From Squalus acanthias (Eukaryota), in the NCBI GenBank assembly GCA_030390025.1, contig CM059433.1, positions 30,816,001 through 30,880,000 of the forward strand: a stretch of DNA of 64,000 bases, read 5' to 3'. Position 1 is the first letter of the stretch, and each line of letters starts with the position of its first letter. Shown here one piece after another: positions 61,990 through 64,000 of the stretch. Made by a program: the position numbers and the translations under genes. The notes beneath the pieces were generated by a model, which was not told where the DNA came from, ran no database searches, and saw only the letters and a list, made by a program, of their open reading frames with translations.

Positions 61990-64000
61990 TTGAAGTAGTG
62001 GTACAGTACAGGAATGGTCCATTGAGGGTAATAATCTCTGGATTATTGCCTGAGCCACGTGCAAATTGGCATCGAAGCAGTCAGATCAGGAGAATTAACA
62101 CATGGCTAAATAGCTGGTGTGGGAAAGAGGGGTTCCTTTTCATGGGATACTGGCACCAGTACTGAGACAGAAATGAGCTATACTGATGGGACAGTGTCCT
62201 AGTGGCAAGGGCAAACAGGGAGGTGGCAAAGGCTTTAAACAATAAGACGGGGGGAGCGATCTACCAGAAATGAAACCAGCCTAAATATAAATGAAACAGG
62301 AAAGGAGAGGTCATAGATGGCCAGGGAATAAATAGAGTTATACAACAGGAGTGTAAAAAGATAGTTAAATAATAAAGTGAGAGGAATTGCTATTAAAAAT
62401 GAGTTAAACTAAATGTATAGCAATGCACACAGTTTCCATAATAAAACAGGAGAAGTGGAGGCAATAACACGTTGTGAGGAATAAGATATATTTGGGATTA
62501 CTGAGACATGGCTACATGGGAATTAAACATTGCAGGGCATAACATATTTAGAAAAGATAGAGAGGGAAAAGGGGGAGGTGGAGTAGCTGTAATTATTAGA
62601 GGTAACATAATGGCAGTAGAAAAACATGATACAGCTATCAGTGTGATAGAAATAGGATCCATGTGGATTAAGATAAAAGATAATAAAGGATCAATCACAC
62701 TAATAGGGGTAGTCTACAGACCACCTAATAGTGGAAGGGAGGTGGAGGAAGAAATATGTAAACAAATTAGGGGAATGAGTAAAAAACATAGAATAATAAT
62801 CAGGGGGATTTCAACTACCCCAAAATTAATTGGCCAGCAGAGGTAGGTCAAGGGGATCAGTGAATGGAGTTCCTACAATATGTACAGGACTCCTTTCTAA
62901 CCCAATATATAAGAAGCCCCACAAGGGAGGATTCACTATTGGATCTAGTAATGGGGAATGAACTATAGCAGATAAGAGAAGTAAAAGTAGGGGAACATCT
63001 GGGCAATAGTGACCATAATATAATACGTTTTAAAAAAAATTGAGAAGGACATTAAGTATGACGAAGCCCAGGGTAATAGATTGGAGAAAAGCTGATTTTG
63101 AGAGGCTAAGAATAGAACTTGGAAAAATAAAATGTACAACAATATTGGCAAACAATGATGTAGAACAGCAATGGGAAACATTTAAAACAGTGTTCAACTG
63201 AGTCCAGGAAAAATATATTTAGTTAAAAACCAAGAACAAGCTAAACACTAATGAGACACCATGGATGAATAAAGACATAAGGGAAAAATTAAGGGTAAGG
63301 AAAGAGGCATACACTAAGTACACGGGCAGCAAGGGAAAGCATGACACGGGAGAATACGAAGAGATTAGGAGAGAAGTCAAAAACCAATTAGGAAGGCAAA
63401 GAGGAACTATGAAATTAAATTATAAAGGAACATAAAACAAAATAGAAAAATATTTTACAGGCACATCAATAAAAAAAGGAAAGTCGGGATGGGAATAGGG
63501 CCACTAAGGGATGGACAGGATAATATCACAGGCAGCGATAGAGAGATGGCAAAAATATTAAATAATTACTTTGCTTCAGTATTTACCAGGGAGATAGATC
63601 AGGTGGACATGACATCGGAACATGAGATTAGAAATGATATAACCGCATTTAAAATAAAGAGGAGAAACATTAAATTAACTAATCAAACTCCAAGAGGATA
63701 AAACCCCATATCTGGACGGATTACATCCACGCATTTTTAAAAAATCTAGGGAAGAGATAGTAGAGGCACTATTACACATATTTGATAATTTGTTAGAAAA
63801 GGGTGTAGTGCCAGAGGACTGGTGGATAGCTAACGTAATACTTATATTTAAGAAGGGAGATAGAACATGTCCAGGGAACTATAGACCAGTCAGCTTAACA
63901 TCCGTAGTAGGAAAAGGGAATCCCTGCTAAAGGAAAAAATAGAAGAACATCCAGAAACCAAAAATATAATAATGAATAGTCAGCATGGATTTCAAAAGGG
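61990..64000 (+). mobile_element. Degenerate AT-rich CR1 LINE (ORF1 esterase remnant, APE, start of RT), running off the window end
   Basis: VIISGLLPEPRANWHR...INTWLNSWCGKEGF; GITETW, GGGVA, YRPPNS, LDLVMG, SDHN; NYFASVFT; NYRPVSLTS; QHGF. Many stops and frameshifts. Confidence 0.88.

Overview
This is eukaryotic, repeat-rich vertebrate genomic DNA. The repeat inventory (SacSINE1/Deu-domain SINEs, an HE1-type V-SINE, many CR1 LINEs, L2 tails) points to a shark or other cartilaginous fish. The window is mostly intron of a large minus-strand gene. I found two coding exons (53937-54015, 79 nt; 21289-21488, 200 nt) that splice in frame across a 32.4-kb intron into tandem EGF repeats; by motif, exon size and phase they match EYS (eyes shut homolog). 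Most of the remaining recognisable sequence is transposon-derived: CR1 and L2/CR1-group LINEs, a Vingi-like 3' end, two Penelope-like element (PLE) families with minimal hammerhead ribozyme motifs, a 2.66-kb PIF/Harbinger transposon with intact ends and an uninterrupted 360-aa transposase core, a decayed intron-containing Myb/SANT gene, and many nested Harbinger- and hAT-type MITEs with readable target-site duplications (TSDs). The most interesting signals are the three PLE hammerheads (one in a 183-bp insert with its own TSD), a CR1-inversion/PLE composite at 47.1-49.7 kb, and the Harbinger system. I see no prokaryote-type system (CRISPR, operon) and cannot claim a wholly new biological system. 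Family names come from recalled motifs, not database searches, and repeat boundaries without TSDs are approximate.
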